Shown: positions 25,468 to 35,718, counted from the stretch's first letter. The stretch is DNA of 64,000 bases from Candidatus Saccharimonadota bacterium (GCA_030529135.1 JAUMXO010000001.1:15335-79334); one strand, 5' to 3'. The notes: generated by a model not told the origin, from the letters alone. Numbers and translations are program-made.

Positions 25468-28400
25468 GTGTCTGGCATTCCTAGCCAACAATCCAGTAGT
25501 ACTACTTCTACTAGCGTTACTCTTTCAAGTGCAGTTCCTATTAGAACTGGCTACACCTTTGCTGGTTGGTGTTATGGTACTGTAAACACTACTGGTACCC
25601 ATCCAGGCACTACATGTTCTGGCACTCCAGGTACTACTCATGCCGCCAGTAGCTCACTTGCTTTCATAGACCAGACTGCTACTGGCAGTAGTGCTAATAC
25701 TATTACTTTGCAGGCTTTATGGACGGTAAAAACTTATACCATTGCCCTAAATGCTAATGGTGGCAGTGGTGGCTCGTCTTCTACTACCGTAGGCTACAAA
25801 GATACTACACTAGGCACTATTACTAATCCTACCAAATCTAACACTACTAACACCAGAACTATTAGTGGCCTAGCTGCTAATGGTACTAATGCTTCTGGTG
25901 CTACAGTTACCTTCCAAAGTAGTGGCAACTGTACTAGTACTTCTAATTGTAAATCCACTAGTACTACTACCTATACCCTTAACGGCTGGTATAAAGAACA
26001 AGGTGCTACTAACAAAATAGCTAGCAATGCTACTATTCCAGCTCTTCAAGCCAGTACTACCTATACCAACTCTTCTTCGCAATGGACCTATACGACTGCC
26101 TCTGCTGTTACTTTGTATGCTGGCTGGAGTTCTAGCACCGGCAGCTATAGTTCTGTAAATCTTCCTACTATTACCAAGAGTGGTTATACATGCGGTTGGG
26201 CTACTTCTTCTACTGCTACTACTTGGGATTATATTTCTGGTGACACCATCACTCCTAATGGCAATATTACGCTTTATGGGACTTGCACTCCAAACAAATA
26301 TAATATTACCATTAAGACTGTCACTGGTATATCCAGTGTGTCCCTAAATGGCACATCTTGTAGTTCTACTTCTGGCTGTACAGTCTCTAATCTAACCTAT
26401 GGACAATCCTATACTCTTACTGCTACTGCTGCTACTGGTTATAACTTTAGTTCTTGGAATGCTGGTTCTTATGGCTCTATTGCAAACACTTCTAGCGCAA
26501 GTACTACCTACACTGTAGGGGCGGGAGCTAGTACAATTACACCTAGTGCTACTGCCGCCAACTACAATATTACCATTAAAACCGCTACTGGCATTCAAAG
26601 TGTTGTGGTAAGAAACACCAATAATCAATCTACGGTATGTAGCACCACTTCTACAACTGGCACAGCTTGCTCACTTACTTATGGTACAACATATAGAATA
26701 AATGCTAATGCCGCTATGGGCTATACGTTCAGTAGTTGGTCTAATAGCGCTAGTCTTGGGACGCTAGGTAGTACAACATCCGCGCATACTAGCTATATCC
26801 CAGGTGCAGGCGCCACTACCCTTACTCCGTCTGCTTCAGCAAAGACTTATACTGTTACCCTCAAAACTAACACCGGTATATCCAGCGTATCGCTTAAGAA
26901 TTCTGGTGGTACAACTATTTGTACCGCAACTAACACTACTGGTACTAGTTGTAGCGTCACTTATGGGCAAAGCTATACCATAGTCGCTTCCATGTCTACT
27001 GGCTATAATTTTAGCAGTTGGGGAAGCAATGATATCGTCCAATATTCCCACACCCCAAATGTCAATGATGCAGGTACTTCTAGCGGTGGCTATGGCGATT
27101 ATCTAGATATGAATCAAGTCATTAGCATTCCAGGCGCAAGTTCACTTAATATTACTCTGGCATATGAGACAGAAAGTACGAGTTATGACTGGGCTAGCTT
27201 CTGGTCTGGCAGTTATCCAACTTATTCTGCATATAATAATTATTCTACCGGTATAGTAGTATCTGGTACTGGTAGTGCTGGCGGTAAATATGGTGATGAT
27301 AGCTGGAACTCTATAATATACGATCTTAATAATACTACTGCCACTTTTGGTTTCAGATCAGATAGTAGTGAAAGTGACTACTACGGCTATCGTGCTACCG
27401 TTCGCGGCACGACTTCATCTAATTTTGGGAGTACCACTAGTAGCAGTACCACATATGCTATTTACGGCGACACCACTGTACAACCTAATGCCGCCACTGT
27501 CAAATCTTACACTATTACGCTTAATGGCAATGGCGGGACTCTCGGCTCTACTTCAACTACTGTACGTTATGGCAACACAACGCTTGGAGCTATTACTAAT
27601 CCAAGTAGAGCTAATACTACGGTTAGCCGTACGCTCTCCGGCTTTACGGCGGGCACTAATGCCTCTGGTGCTAGCATTTCCAGTACTTCTACCCTCACTA
27701 GTTCTGCTACTGTATCTTATACCTTTAATGGTTGGTATAAAGAATCTAGTGCTACAAATAAAATTGCTTCTAACGCTACTACGCCAGCTCTTCAAGCCAG
27801 TACTACCTATACTGATCCTTCAGGTAGATGGACCTATGATTCTGGTTCAACTCTTTATGCCGGCTGGAGCTCTAGTACTGGTAGTTATAGCAGCGTCACC
27901 ATGCCAACTATTACTAAAACTGGCCATACTTGTGGTTGGGCTACATCTTCTACTTCTACTAGCTGGAAATATACCTCAGGACAGACTAATGTCGTTCCTG
28001 ATTCTTCCACGACGCTTTATGGTACTTGTGTAGCAAATACTTATAGTCTCGCTATCACCTTTGCGGGAACTGGGGTATCTAGTGTGCAAGTCAGGACAGC
28101 ATCAGGTACTGGCGGGACGCTTAAAGGTACTGTATCCACCAGCGGTGGTAGTGTGTCTGGACTAACCTATAATACTGCTTATTATTTATACCCTACCTTT
28201 ACTAACGGATATGAACTCAATAGCTGGGCTAAAACCAGCACCACTGGTACACTTAGTTCTACAACCGCAAGCAACCCTACCTTTACTATGGGGGCTGGAA
28301 ATGGGGCGGTGACGATTACGGGAAAAGCAACACCAGTTTATATGCAAAACTGGGCTGGATGCTCAGCGGCCACTGAAGGCGTAGGGATTACTCTTACGGA

Positions 28401-29082
28401 TTCTCGCGATGGACAAACATACACTGTAGCAAAACTAAAAGACGGCAACTGCTGGATGGTGGATAATTTAAATCTTGGCTCGTCTTCATTGTCTGTAGAT
28501 TTAACTAGTAGCAACACTAATTTAAGTACCACTGTCACTGCAGCTACATTTAATGGTTGGATCAAAACTACAAGTACTTTTATATCTTCATATACGGCAG
28601 GGTCCTTAGCTCCTATATCTGGTACCGACTCTGGCAGCGGGAGCAAATACGGTGCAATATATAATTATTGTGCCGCAACTGCTGGCACATTTTGTAGTTC
28701 ATCAACATCAGGAGATGCCACTTCGGATCTCTGCCCGGCCGGTTGGAGACTACCCTATGGCTATGCTCGTGATAGTCATGTAAATGAATTTTCTCAACTA
28801 GCTACTGCATATGGTGGTAGCGAGTCCACTGGTGCAAAAAATATGCACAATTCTCTCGCTAATGGAGGCGCAGCATTCAATTTTGCTGGTTATTATTACT
28901 ACTCTACCAGTAGCTACACTAATCAAGGAAGCCAGGGCTACTATTGGTCTTCTTCTAGAAACAGCTCTGAAGGGGCGACTTTAAAGCGGATACTTAGAAT
29001 TACGTCTTCCAGTACCATTTATCCTGGTTCAACTACTAGTAACTCTCGTAATGGCAACTCAATTCGCTGTATTAAAAAATAA
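25468..29082 (+). CDS. Ser/Thr-rich surface protein with InlB-B/Flg_new-like repeats and C-terminal FISUMP-like domain
   Basis: GYTFAGW/YTLNGWY repeats; DSRDGQTYTVAKLKDGNCWMVDNL, LCPAGWRLP, GYYWSS. Confidence 0.85.
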   Translation: MSGIPSQQSSSTTSTSVTLSSAVPIRTGYTFAGWCYGTVNTTGTHPGTTCSGTPGTTHAASSSLAFIDQTATGSSANTITLQALWTVKTYTIALNANGGSGGSSSTTVGYKDTTLGTITNPTKSNTTNTRTISGLAANGTNASGATVTFQSSGNCTSTSNCKSTSTTTYTLNGWYKEQGATNKIASNATIPALQASTTYTNSSSQWTYTTASAVTLYAGWSSSTGSYSSVNLPTITKSGYTCGWATSSTATTWDYISGDTITPNGNITLYGTCTPNKYNITIKTVTGISSVSLNGTSCSSTSGCTVSNLTYGQSYTLTATAATGYNFSSWNAGSYGSIANTSSASTTYTVGAGASTITPSATAANYNITIKTATGIQSVVVRNTNNQSTVCSTTSTTGTACSLTYGTTYRINANAAMGYTFSSWSNSASLGTLGSTTSAHTSYIPGAGATTLTPSASAKTYTVTLKTNTGISSVSLKNSGGTTICTATNTTGTSCSVTYGQSYTIVASMSTGYNFSSWGSNDIVQYSHTPNVNDAGTSSGGYGDYLDMNQVISIPGASSLNITLAYETESTSYDWASFWSGSYPTYSAYNNYSTGIVVSGTGSAGGKYGDDSWNSIIYDLNNTTATFGFRSDSSESDYYGYRATVRGTTSSNFGSTTSSSTTYAIYGDTTVQPNAATVKSYTITLNGNGGTLGSTSTTVRYGNTTLGAITNPSRANTTVSRTLSGFTAGTNASGASISSTSTLTSSATVSYTFNGWYKESSATNKIASNATTPALQASTTYTDPSGRWTYDSGSTLYAGWSSSTGSYSSVTMPTITKTGHTCGWATSSTSTSWKYTSGQTNVVPDSSTTLYGTCVANTYSLAITFAGTGVSSVQVRTASGTGGTLKGTVSTSGGSVSGLTYNTAYYLYPTFTNGYELNSWAKTSTTGTLSSTTASNPTFTMGAGNGAVTITGKATPVYMQNWAGCSAATEGVGITLTDSRDGQTYTVAKLKDGNCWMVDNLNLGSSSLSVDLTSSNTNLSTTVTAATFNGWIKTTSTFISSYTAGSLAPISGTDSGSGSKYGAIYNYCAATAGTFCSSSTSGDATSDLCPAGWRLPYGYARDSHVNEFSQLATAYGGSESTGAKNMHNSLANGGAAFNFAGYYYYSTSSYTNQGSQGYYWSSSRNSSEGATLKRILRITSSSTIYPGSTTSNSRNGNSIRCIKK

Positions 29083-29154
29083 ACCCACACCTTATATCTT
29101 AATCGCCGCACCCCCTTTACGCAAATTCAAATCTGTGCTATAATACTCTACAAT

Positions 29155-29373
29155 ATGGCTATAAAAGTAACTAGAAAAGATCAGGGTGAGGCAAACGAGA
29201 ATATTATTCGTCGTTTCAACCGTAAAGTCCTTCAGGGCGGTGTAATGCCACTCAAGAAGTCTCAGATGCGTTTTTCGAAGCCTATTTCCAAGCGCGAGCG
29301 AAGATTAAAGGCTATCATCAGGGAAGCACGCAAGACCGAAAAAACCGAGCGTATCAAATTAGGACTAAAATAA
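29155..29373 (+). CDS. rpsU: 30S ribosomal protein S21
   Basis: ENIIRRFNRKV...RFSKPISKRERR. Confidence 0.85.
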   Translation: MAIKVTRKDQGEANENIIRRFNRKVLQGGVMPLKKSQMRFSKPISKRERRLKAIIREARKTEKTERIKLGLK

Positions 29374-29375
29374 GA

Positions 29376-29522
29376 GATTCAGAGAAGGTGCTTTCGAGAC
29401 CCTCTTGCGACGACGGGAGCAAGAAGGGCGAAGCGCTCCCCGTAACGCTCGCCCCTTGGGACGCGAATTGCCGAAGGCAAACGGGCGAGCGCAAGCGCGT
29501 CGAGAAAGCACCTCTCTGAATC
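29376..29522 (+). repeat. GC-rich palindromic element between rpsU and adk
   Basis: Arms 29376-29395 / 29504-29522 (19 bp plus bulged A); several inner hairpins incl. TTGCC-GAA-GGCAA. Confidence 0.88.
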
Positions 29523-29545
29523 CTTTTTTATGTTATAATGTAGAT

Positions 29546-30139
29546 ATGATAATTTTATTTGGACTAGCTGGCTCCGGCAAGGGCACTCAGGCTAAAGCCT
29601 TATCTGAAATTTTTGGTTGGCGCACTTTTTCGGTCGGCCAAGTCATCAGAGATACTGGTGAATATGCAAATATTATCGATAAAGGCGGTCTCATCCCAGA
29701 CGACGATGTGATTAGGTTGATGACCAAACAGATAGAAGTTGCTAATGCCGAAGGATATGATGTTATTCTAGACGGTTATCCACGTACTGATTATCAGGCT
29801 CAGTGGTTGATGGAGAATATGAAAGACGACATCAGCGGCGCCATTATTCTGGAGGTGCCAAAAGCGGAGCTTTACCAACGCCTCGAATTGCGTGGTCGCG
29901 AAGACGACAAGAGTAAGGACGCGATTGACCGTCGTTGGGAGATCTTTGAACAAAATATTATTCCGATTTTAAAATTATTAGAACAAAATCAAATCCCTGT
30001 AAAAAGAGTAGATGGCGTTGGCGAAGTAGAGGCTGTCACCAATCGTCTAGTTACTGCTGTTCAGGAGCTAGACCCTGCCGCTACCCAACAACTTGACGAC
30101 GTCAACGGGGAAGAAATTGAAAAAAGTTACGGAGAATAA
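29546..30139 (+). CDS. adk: adenylate kinase family (short LID)
   Basis: GLAGSGKGTQA, LDGYPRT, RGREDD; start ATG 29546. Confidence 0.88.
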   Translation: MIILFGLAGSGKGTQAKALSEIFGWRTFSVGQVIRDTGEYANIIDKGGLIPDDDVIRLMTKQIEVANAEGYDVILDGYPRTDYQAQWLMENMKDDISGAIILEVPKAELYQRLELRGREDDKSKDAIDRRWEIFEQNIIPILKLLEQNQIPVKRVDGVGEVEAVTNRLVTAVQELDPAATQQLDDVNGEEIEKSYGE

Positions 30140-30916
30140 ATGCTAAACGTCAATAATACTACCCCAGAGGAATTGCAACAGAAAATTACCGCCATGCGAG
30201 AAGGTGGCAAAATCCTTGGCAACCTCCTGAAAGATCTGAAAAAACACGTCAAGCCAGGCATGACCGGCAAAGAAATCGACGCATGGGTCAGAAAAGAGAT
30301 TGTCAGGCGTGGAGCCGGAGTTGCTTACGATATGCTGGACGACGATTTTCCGGGCGCTATCTGTATTTCTATTAACGATGAACTAGTCCACGGCGCCCCT
30401 AAAGACGAACCTTTAGAAGAAGGTGACAAAGTCAGTTTCGATTTAGACATATATTATAAAGGGTTCTTCACGGATTCTGCCTTTACTATGGTCGTCGGTG
30501 AGAAAGCTAGCCCAGCTGTCAAAAATATGATTAAAGTTACTGAGTCGTCTATGTGGGAGGGCATTGAACAAGTTAAACCTGGTGTCCATATTGGTGACAT
30601 CGGTTACGCAGTAGAAAAAGTATTAAGAAAAGGCCATCTCGGTGTAATCGAGAACTATGTTGGACATGGCATCGATCGAAAAATGCATGATTCTCCCGAA
30701 GTTGCTAACTATGGCAGGAAAGGGCACGGTTACAAACTAGTAGAAGGAGATACTATTTGTATTGAACCGATGTCCTGTCTTGGCAAACCGGCTAATTACG
30801 TTGAAAAAGGCGACAACTGGACCGTAAAAATGAAAGACGGTTCTATTGGTTGTCATTGCGAGCATACGGTTCTAGTTACTAAAGACGGTTATGAAATATT
30901 AACATTACCCGATTAA
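30140..30916 (+). CDS. map: type I methionine aminopeptidase
   Basis: CISINDELVHG, FTDSAFT, GHGI, CIEPM, HCEHTV. Confidence 0.95.
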   Translation: MLNVNNTTPEELQQKITAMREGGKILGNLLKDLKKHVKPGMTGKEIDAWVRKEIVRRGAGVAYDMLDDDFPGAICISINDELVHGAPKDEPLEEGDKVSFDLDIYYKGFFTDSAFTMVVGEKASPAVKNMIKVTESSMWEGIEQVKPGVHIGDIGYAVEKVLRKGHLGVIENYVGHGIDRKMHDSPEVANYGRKGHGYKLVEGDTICIEPMSCLGKPANYVEKGDNWTVKMKDGSIGCHCEHTVLVTKDGYEILTLPD

Positions 30917-30934
30917 TTATGCTATAATGAAAAT

Positions 30935-32173
30935 ATGGAAGAAAAACCTCGTTTCGTTACTGGTCTTGATGTCGGTACTGAAAATGTTCGTGCTGTCATC
31001 GGCGCCATGAAGGATGGCAAATTTGCTGTTTACGGCTATAATGAAGGTAAATCCGCTGGTATGAGAAAAGGCGTCCCCGCCAATCTCAATGGTCCGGCTA
31101 GTTCTATCGATCAAATGCTTGGAGAGGCCGAGCGCATGGGTGATTATGATGTTCGTTCCGCCTATGTCTCCATTAATGGTTCTCAGATTCTTTCCACCCG
31201 CACTGAAGGCATGATCGCGGTAGGCTCCACTACCGAACACGAAATTGACGATAATGATCTAGATCGTGTAGAAGATGTTGCTGTCACTGGACGTATCCCT
31301 GCTAATCGCGATGTTTTAGACGTTGTCCCACTAGAATACGCTATAGATGGGCAAGGTGGCATCAAAGATCCCGTTGGTATGTCTGGCGCTCGTTTAGAAA
31401 TGCGTGCCAACGTGATATCGGCACTTACTCCTAATTGTGACCACTTAAAGAAGGCAACCGAACACGCCGAAGTCCATGCGGATAGGCTAATCCCTAGCGC
31501 AGTGGCAGCTGCTCGCGCTGTTCTTACCGACAAGCAAAAAGAAAATGGCGTAGCTGTCATTGATATGGGTGCCGCCACTACCTCTATTGCGGTTTATGAA
31601 GAAGGCGATTTGCAATATGTTGGTGTAGTCCCGGCTGGTTCTAATAATATTACCAATGATTTAGCGATTCTTCTCGCCATCGATCCTGACATGGCCGAAG
31701 AAATTAAGACCCGTTTTGTTACCGGTGATTTTGATAGTGAAAAATCTCCAGTTATCAAAATTGGCAAAGAAGGCAAGCATGAACGCAACTTCGATAGAAA
31801 AGAAGTAGATAATGTCGTTAAACTCCGCCTAGAAGAAATTTTTAGTGAGATTAGAAAGAAATTAAAAACTGCCAAATACGATCAGCGCTTACCAGAAGGT
31901 GTCATTTTGACTGGTGGTGGTGCGCGCATGCGCGATATTGAATTATTTGCTAAAAAAGCCTTGGAAGCTTCTGTCAAAATCGGCGTTCCCCTAGATCTTA
32001 CCGGTGTTTCTGAAGAAATCACCTGTCCAGAATTTGCCGTAGCTGCTGGTCTTGCTATTATGGCTGCCGAAGAACAGGCTTACTCCGCTCCTACTAAAAA
32101 ATCTAGTAAGAAGCCTCAAAAATCTTCCAAAAAATCTGGCAACATTTTCAAGAAGATCTTTTCCAAGTTTTGA
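30935..32173 (+). CDS. ftsA: cell division protein FtsA
   Basis: GLDVGTENV, VIDMGAATT, VILTGGGARM; upstream of ftsZ. Confidence 0.94.
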   Translation: MEEKPRFVTGLDVGTENVRAVIGAMKDGKFAVYGYNEGKSAGMRKGVPANLNGPASSIDQMLGEAERMGDYDVRSAYVSINGSQILSTRTEGMIAVGSTTEHEIDDNDLDRVEDVAVTGRIPANRDVLDVVPLEYAIDGQGGIKDPVGMSGARLEMRANVISALTPNCDHLKKATEHAEVHADRLIPSAVAAARAVLTDKQKENGVAVIDMGAATTSIAVYEEGDLQYVGVVPAGSNNITNDLAILLAIDPDMAEEIKTRFVTGDFDSEKSPVIKIGKEGKHERNFDRKEVDNVVKLRLEEIFSEIRKKLKTAKYDQRLPEGVILTGGGARMRDIELFAKKALEASVKIGVPLDLTGVSEEITCPEFAVAAGLAIMAAEEQAYSAPTKKSSKKPQKSSKKSGNIFKKIFSKF

Positions 32174-32235
32174 CTCTTGAATTTTTTCCATTTTCGGTGT
32201 ATTATAGAATAAACTAAAAGCGAGGATATATTATT

Positions 32236-33438
32236 ATGCCGGAAGTAAAACCGTCAGAAGTGGTGGAAAGTAAAGCAAGTATAAAAGTAGTTGGTGTTGG
32301 TGGTGCTGGTGGATCTGCAATTGAACGTATGAAAGAAGTGGGTCTTTCCGGCGTAGAATTTGTAGCTATCAATACAGATGCTCAGGCTCTATATCATTCA
32401 ACTGCCGATACAAAAGTTCATATTGGTAAAGGTCTTGGCGCTGGCGGTGATCCAGAAAAAGGCCGCGAAGCCGCCGAAGAAGGTAGAGAAGATATTGGTA
32501 AATCTTTAGATGGTGCTGACATGGTATTTATTACCATTGGCGCTGGTGGTGGTACCGGTTCCGGTGCTGGTCCTATTGTAGCCGAAGAATCCAGAAAGCG
32601 CGATATCCTAACTGTCGGTGTGGCTACTAAACCATTCACTTTTGAAGGTGCTAAGCGTCGTGCCAACGCCGACCTTGCTATTGATAAGCTTTCTCGTCAA
32701 GTAGATGCACTTATTACTATTCCAAACGATAGACTTCTTCAGACCATTGATCCTCGCACTCCACTTCTCGAAACTTTCAAGATCGCTGACGATGTGCTTC
32801 GCCAAGGCGTTCAGGGCATTTCAGAACTCATTACTGAACACTCTCTTATCAACCTAGATTTTGCTGATGTTAAAGCCATTATGAAAAATGCCGGCTCTGC
32901 TCTTATGGGTATTGGTCGTGCTAGCGGCGAAAATCGTGCCGTTATAGCTGCACAGCAAGCCGTAGAATCCCCACTCATCGAAGTTAAGATTGATGGCGCT
33001 CGTGGCGTTCTCTTCTCCGTAGCCGGCGGTTATGACATGAGTATGAGTGAGATTCAAGAAGCTGCCGAAGTCATTACTGGTGCCGTTTCACCAGATGCCA
33101 ATATTATCTTTGGGGCATCTATCCGCCCAGAGCTAGAAGATGAAATTATTGTTACCGTAGTCGCCACTGGATTCGATTCCGAATATTATAGTGGTGGTGA
33201 GCCTATTGCTGAGCCAGAACCAGAACCAGAGCCAGCCAAAGAATCATCCAGCCACTCTTCTTCCTCAGACCATAAGACTACTACCGAAGCTAAAGATTTC
33301 GCTACCCCACCTAAGTCCAATATGTGGGATTCTATCAAGAGCGAACCAGAGCCAGAAGCATCATCAACGGCAAGTGACGAAGAAATGGACGTTCCACCAT
33401 CTCTTCGCGAACGTTTCCGCAAGAAGAAAAAAGATTAA
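32236..33438 (+). CDS. ftsZ: cell division protein FtsZ
   Basis: GAGGGTGSG signature, INLDFADV. Confidence 0.97.
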   Translation: MPEVKPSEVVESKASIKVVGVGGAGGSAIERMKEVGLSGVEFVAINTDAQALYHSTADTKVHIGKGLGAGGDPEKGREAAEEGREDIGKSLDGADMVFITIGAGGGTGSGAGPIVAEESRKRDILTVGVATKPFTFEGAKRRANADLAIDKLSRQVDALITIPNDRLLQTIDPRTPLLETFKIADDVLRQGVQGISELITEHSLINLDFADVKAIMKNAGSALMGIGRASGENRAVIAAQQAVESPLIEVKIDGARGVLFSVAGGYDMSMSEIQEAAEVITGAVSPDANIIFGASIRPELEDEIIVTVVATGFDSEYYSGGEPIAEPEPEPEPAKESSSHSSSSDHKTTTEAKDFATPPKSNMWDSIKSEPEPEASSTASDEEMDVPPSLRERFRKKKKD

Positions 33439-33459
33439 ATCTAAAATAAGGAAGTGGGC

Positions 33460-33918
33460 ATGGAAGGACAATTTCGCATTGGGGACAGCAAGGTTCTAGA
33501 GAGTCGCGAAACCGTCGATGGCACCATGATTCGTCGTCGTCGGGAGTCTTCCGATGGCCATCGTTTTACTACTTACGAACGGATTGAATTACCACCACTT
33601 ACCGTAATGAAACGCAGTGGTAACAAAGAAATCTACGATCGAGATAAACTTCTTCTCGCTGTCAAACGCAGCGTGGGGAAGTTTTTTAACTCCGAGTTAG
33701 AGGTAGAGGAAGTCGTCAATCGTGCCACCGACATATTATATGGTTATAATACCGACCAAATCACCAGCAAGCAAATCGGCGAAGCTGTTCTAGATGTCCT
33801 CGCCGAAGTCAACGAAGTTGCCTATGTTCGCTTTGCGAGCGTTTTCCGTGAGTTTAAGACTCTAGAAGATTTTGAAAATATTTTAAAAGAACAAAAGGCT
33901 AAGAGAAAATGCGCGTAG
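33460..33918 (+). CDS. nrdR: transcriptional repressor NrdR (zinc-ribbon cysteines absent)
   Basis: SKVLESR, IRRRRE, RFTTYERIE, ATP cone (VMKRSGNKE), VAYVRFASV. Confidence 0.9.
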   Translation: MEGQFRIGDSKVLESRETVDGTMIRRRRESSDGHRFTTYERIELPPLTVMKRSGNKEIYDRDKLLLAVKRSVGKFFNSELEVEEVVNRATDILYGYNTDQITSKQIGEAVLDVLAEVNEVAYVRFASVFREFKTLEDFENILKEQKAKRKCA

Positions 33919-34166
33919 TTTGTATTTTTAAAGAAGGGCGTGATTATTCACGCACGGTTAATGATTATTTAGAAGATTTTTATCGTCGTACCGGTAGAGA
34001 AATAGAGACTATGGATCCAGATGAATCTCCTGCTTTTTGTGAAGCTTACGACATTGTAGAATATCCAACTTTAGTGGCACTAGATCGGGATGGCGGCGCT
34101 GTTGCAGTCTGGAAAGGCCTACCTTTGCCGCTTTTTGACGAAGTTTCCTATTATGCTAGTGCTTAA
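33909..34166 (+). CDS. small thioredoxin-fold-like hypothetical protein
   Basis: YDIVEYPTLVAL pattern, 85 aa. Confidence 0.55.
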   Translation: MRVVCIFKEGRDYSRTVNDYLEDFYRRTGREIETMDPDESPAFCEAYDIVEYPTLVALDRDGGAVAVWKGLPLPLFDEVSYYASA

Positions 34167-34183
34167 AGTGGTATAATAAAACT

Positions 34184-34981
34184 ATGGATTTCATCGTAAA
34201 AATTTTTGAAAATACTTGGTTCCAGCGCGCACTTTGGTCTGTAATTGTTGTTTTAATTGGCATAGCCTTATATTTGTTAACTACTAGGATTCTCGATGTC
34301 AAAGAAAAACGCGGCACTAAACTTATTTCTGATAAGAAAAATCGTACCTATATTCGTATGCTCAAAAGCATTATTGGCTCCGCTATTGCCATTTTAACTG
34401 CTCTTACGATTTTGGAAATTTTTGGCGTCAACGTCACATCGATGCTCGCTGGTGTCGGCATCGCATCTGTTGTGATTGGCTTCGCGCTCCAGGATGCGTT
34501 GAAAGATGTCATCCGTGGCCTTGATATTATTTCCGGCAATTATTATGAAATTGGTGACTTGATTAAATTTGGCGATAATCTTGGTCAGGTTCAATCTATT
34601 ACTATCAGAACAACTAGAATTCAAGACATCAATACTATGAACATCGTTTCTATCGCCAACCGTAACATTGATAAAGTAGAAGTAGACACTGGTTATGTTT
34701 ATATCCCAGTACCTCTTCCACGCAATCTAAAACTAGAAAAAGCCGAATCTGCCATGCATGAGATCGTCAAAAATCTCAAAAAAACCGACCTCATTACTTC
34801 TGCTGGCTATCAAGGGCTCACGGCCATCGGGGATTCATCTTTCAATTATCAGGTAGTGATAACCTGCGATCCTATGAATCGTCTCCAAGCTCGTCGCAAC
34901 AGCCTAGGTACAATTGTTAAAACTCTAGAAGAAAACAAGATCACTATTCCGTACAACCAATTAGACGTCCACTCCAAATGA
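34184..34981 (+). CDS. mscS: small-conductance mechanosensitive channel family
   Basis: GVGIASVVIGFALQD, YEIGDLIK, IVSIAN. Confidence 0.85.
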   Translation: MDFIVKIFENTWFQRALWSVIVVLIGIALYLLTTRILDVKEKRGTKLISDKKNRTYIRMLKSIIGSAIAILTALTILEIFGVNVTSMLAGVGIASVVIGFALQDALKDVIRGLDIISGNYYEIGDLIKFGDNLGQVQSITIRTTRIQDINTMNIVSIANRNIDKVEVDTGYVYIPVPLPRNLKLEKAESAMHEIVKNLKKTDLITSAGYQGLTAIGDSSFNYQVVITCDPMNRLQARRNSLGTIVKTLEENKITIPYNQLDVHSK

Positions 34982-35664
34982 ACTACTCAGATTTTCAAAT
35001 AGAATTGACTCGTTTGGTGGACGATGATTATCGCGATTTCGCTATCAAAGGGATTTTGACTAACTATGCATTTTTAGGTGTTCGTACTCCAGATTTACGT
35101 GCTCTTGCAGCCAAAATTGTCAAAAATGGCAATGCAGCGGATTTTCTAAACTTATCACCAAAAAGTTATGAGGAACTTACTATTCAAGGATTTATCATCG
35201 CCCATTTGCCTTACGAGGAAATGAAAAAATTATTGCCAAATTATATCAAAAAAGTAGATAACTGGGCTACCACTGATATGGTCGTGAGTTCTCTTAAATC
35301 TATTAAGAAACACCAAGAAGACTTTTTAGATGAAATCGATCAGTTTTTAAAATCTTCTCACGAATTTACCGTTCGCACCGGCTTAGTCTGTCTTAAGAGT
35401 TATTATGTTACGCCAGAGTATCTTGCAGTAATTTTTGACCGTATCAAAGAAGTTAAAGACAGGGAAGAATATTATATTCGGATGGCTATAGCTTGGCTGA
35501 TGGCAGAATGCTTTATCAAATTTCCAGACGAAACCTACGAATTTCTAAGCTCCAAAATTCTCCCAGTCTGGACTCAGAATAAAACAATTTCCAAGATTCG
35601 CGATAGCTACCGCGTCCCAAAAGAAATCAAAGATGCACTACTAGAGCTCAAGGCCAAACCTTGA
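34978..35664 (+). CDS. DNA alkylation repair protein (AlkD-like)
   Basis: GVRTPDLR, VDNWATTD, YYIRMAIAW. Confidence 0.85.
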   Translation: MNYSDFQIELTRLVDDDYRDFAIKGILTNYAFLGVRTPDLRALAAKIVKNGNAADFLNLSPKSYEELTIQGFIIAHLPYEEMKKLLPNYIKKVDNWATTDMVVSSLKSIKKHQEDFLDEIDQFLKSSHEFTVRTGLVCLKSYYVTPEYLAVIFDRIKEVKDREEYYIRMAIAWLMAECFIKFPDETYEFLSSKILPVWTQNKTISKIRDSYRVPKEIKDALLELKAKP

Positions 35665-35718
35665 TTTTTTATTTTGTTTATGCTAATATATAAAATATAA
35701 ATGTGGAGTAAGGGTAAG

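Noticed and set aside
29405-29545. 47-aa N-terminal extension of adk in the ORF track
   Set aside because: It is read-through of the palindromic element from a TTG; a leaderless promoter precedes ATG 29546.
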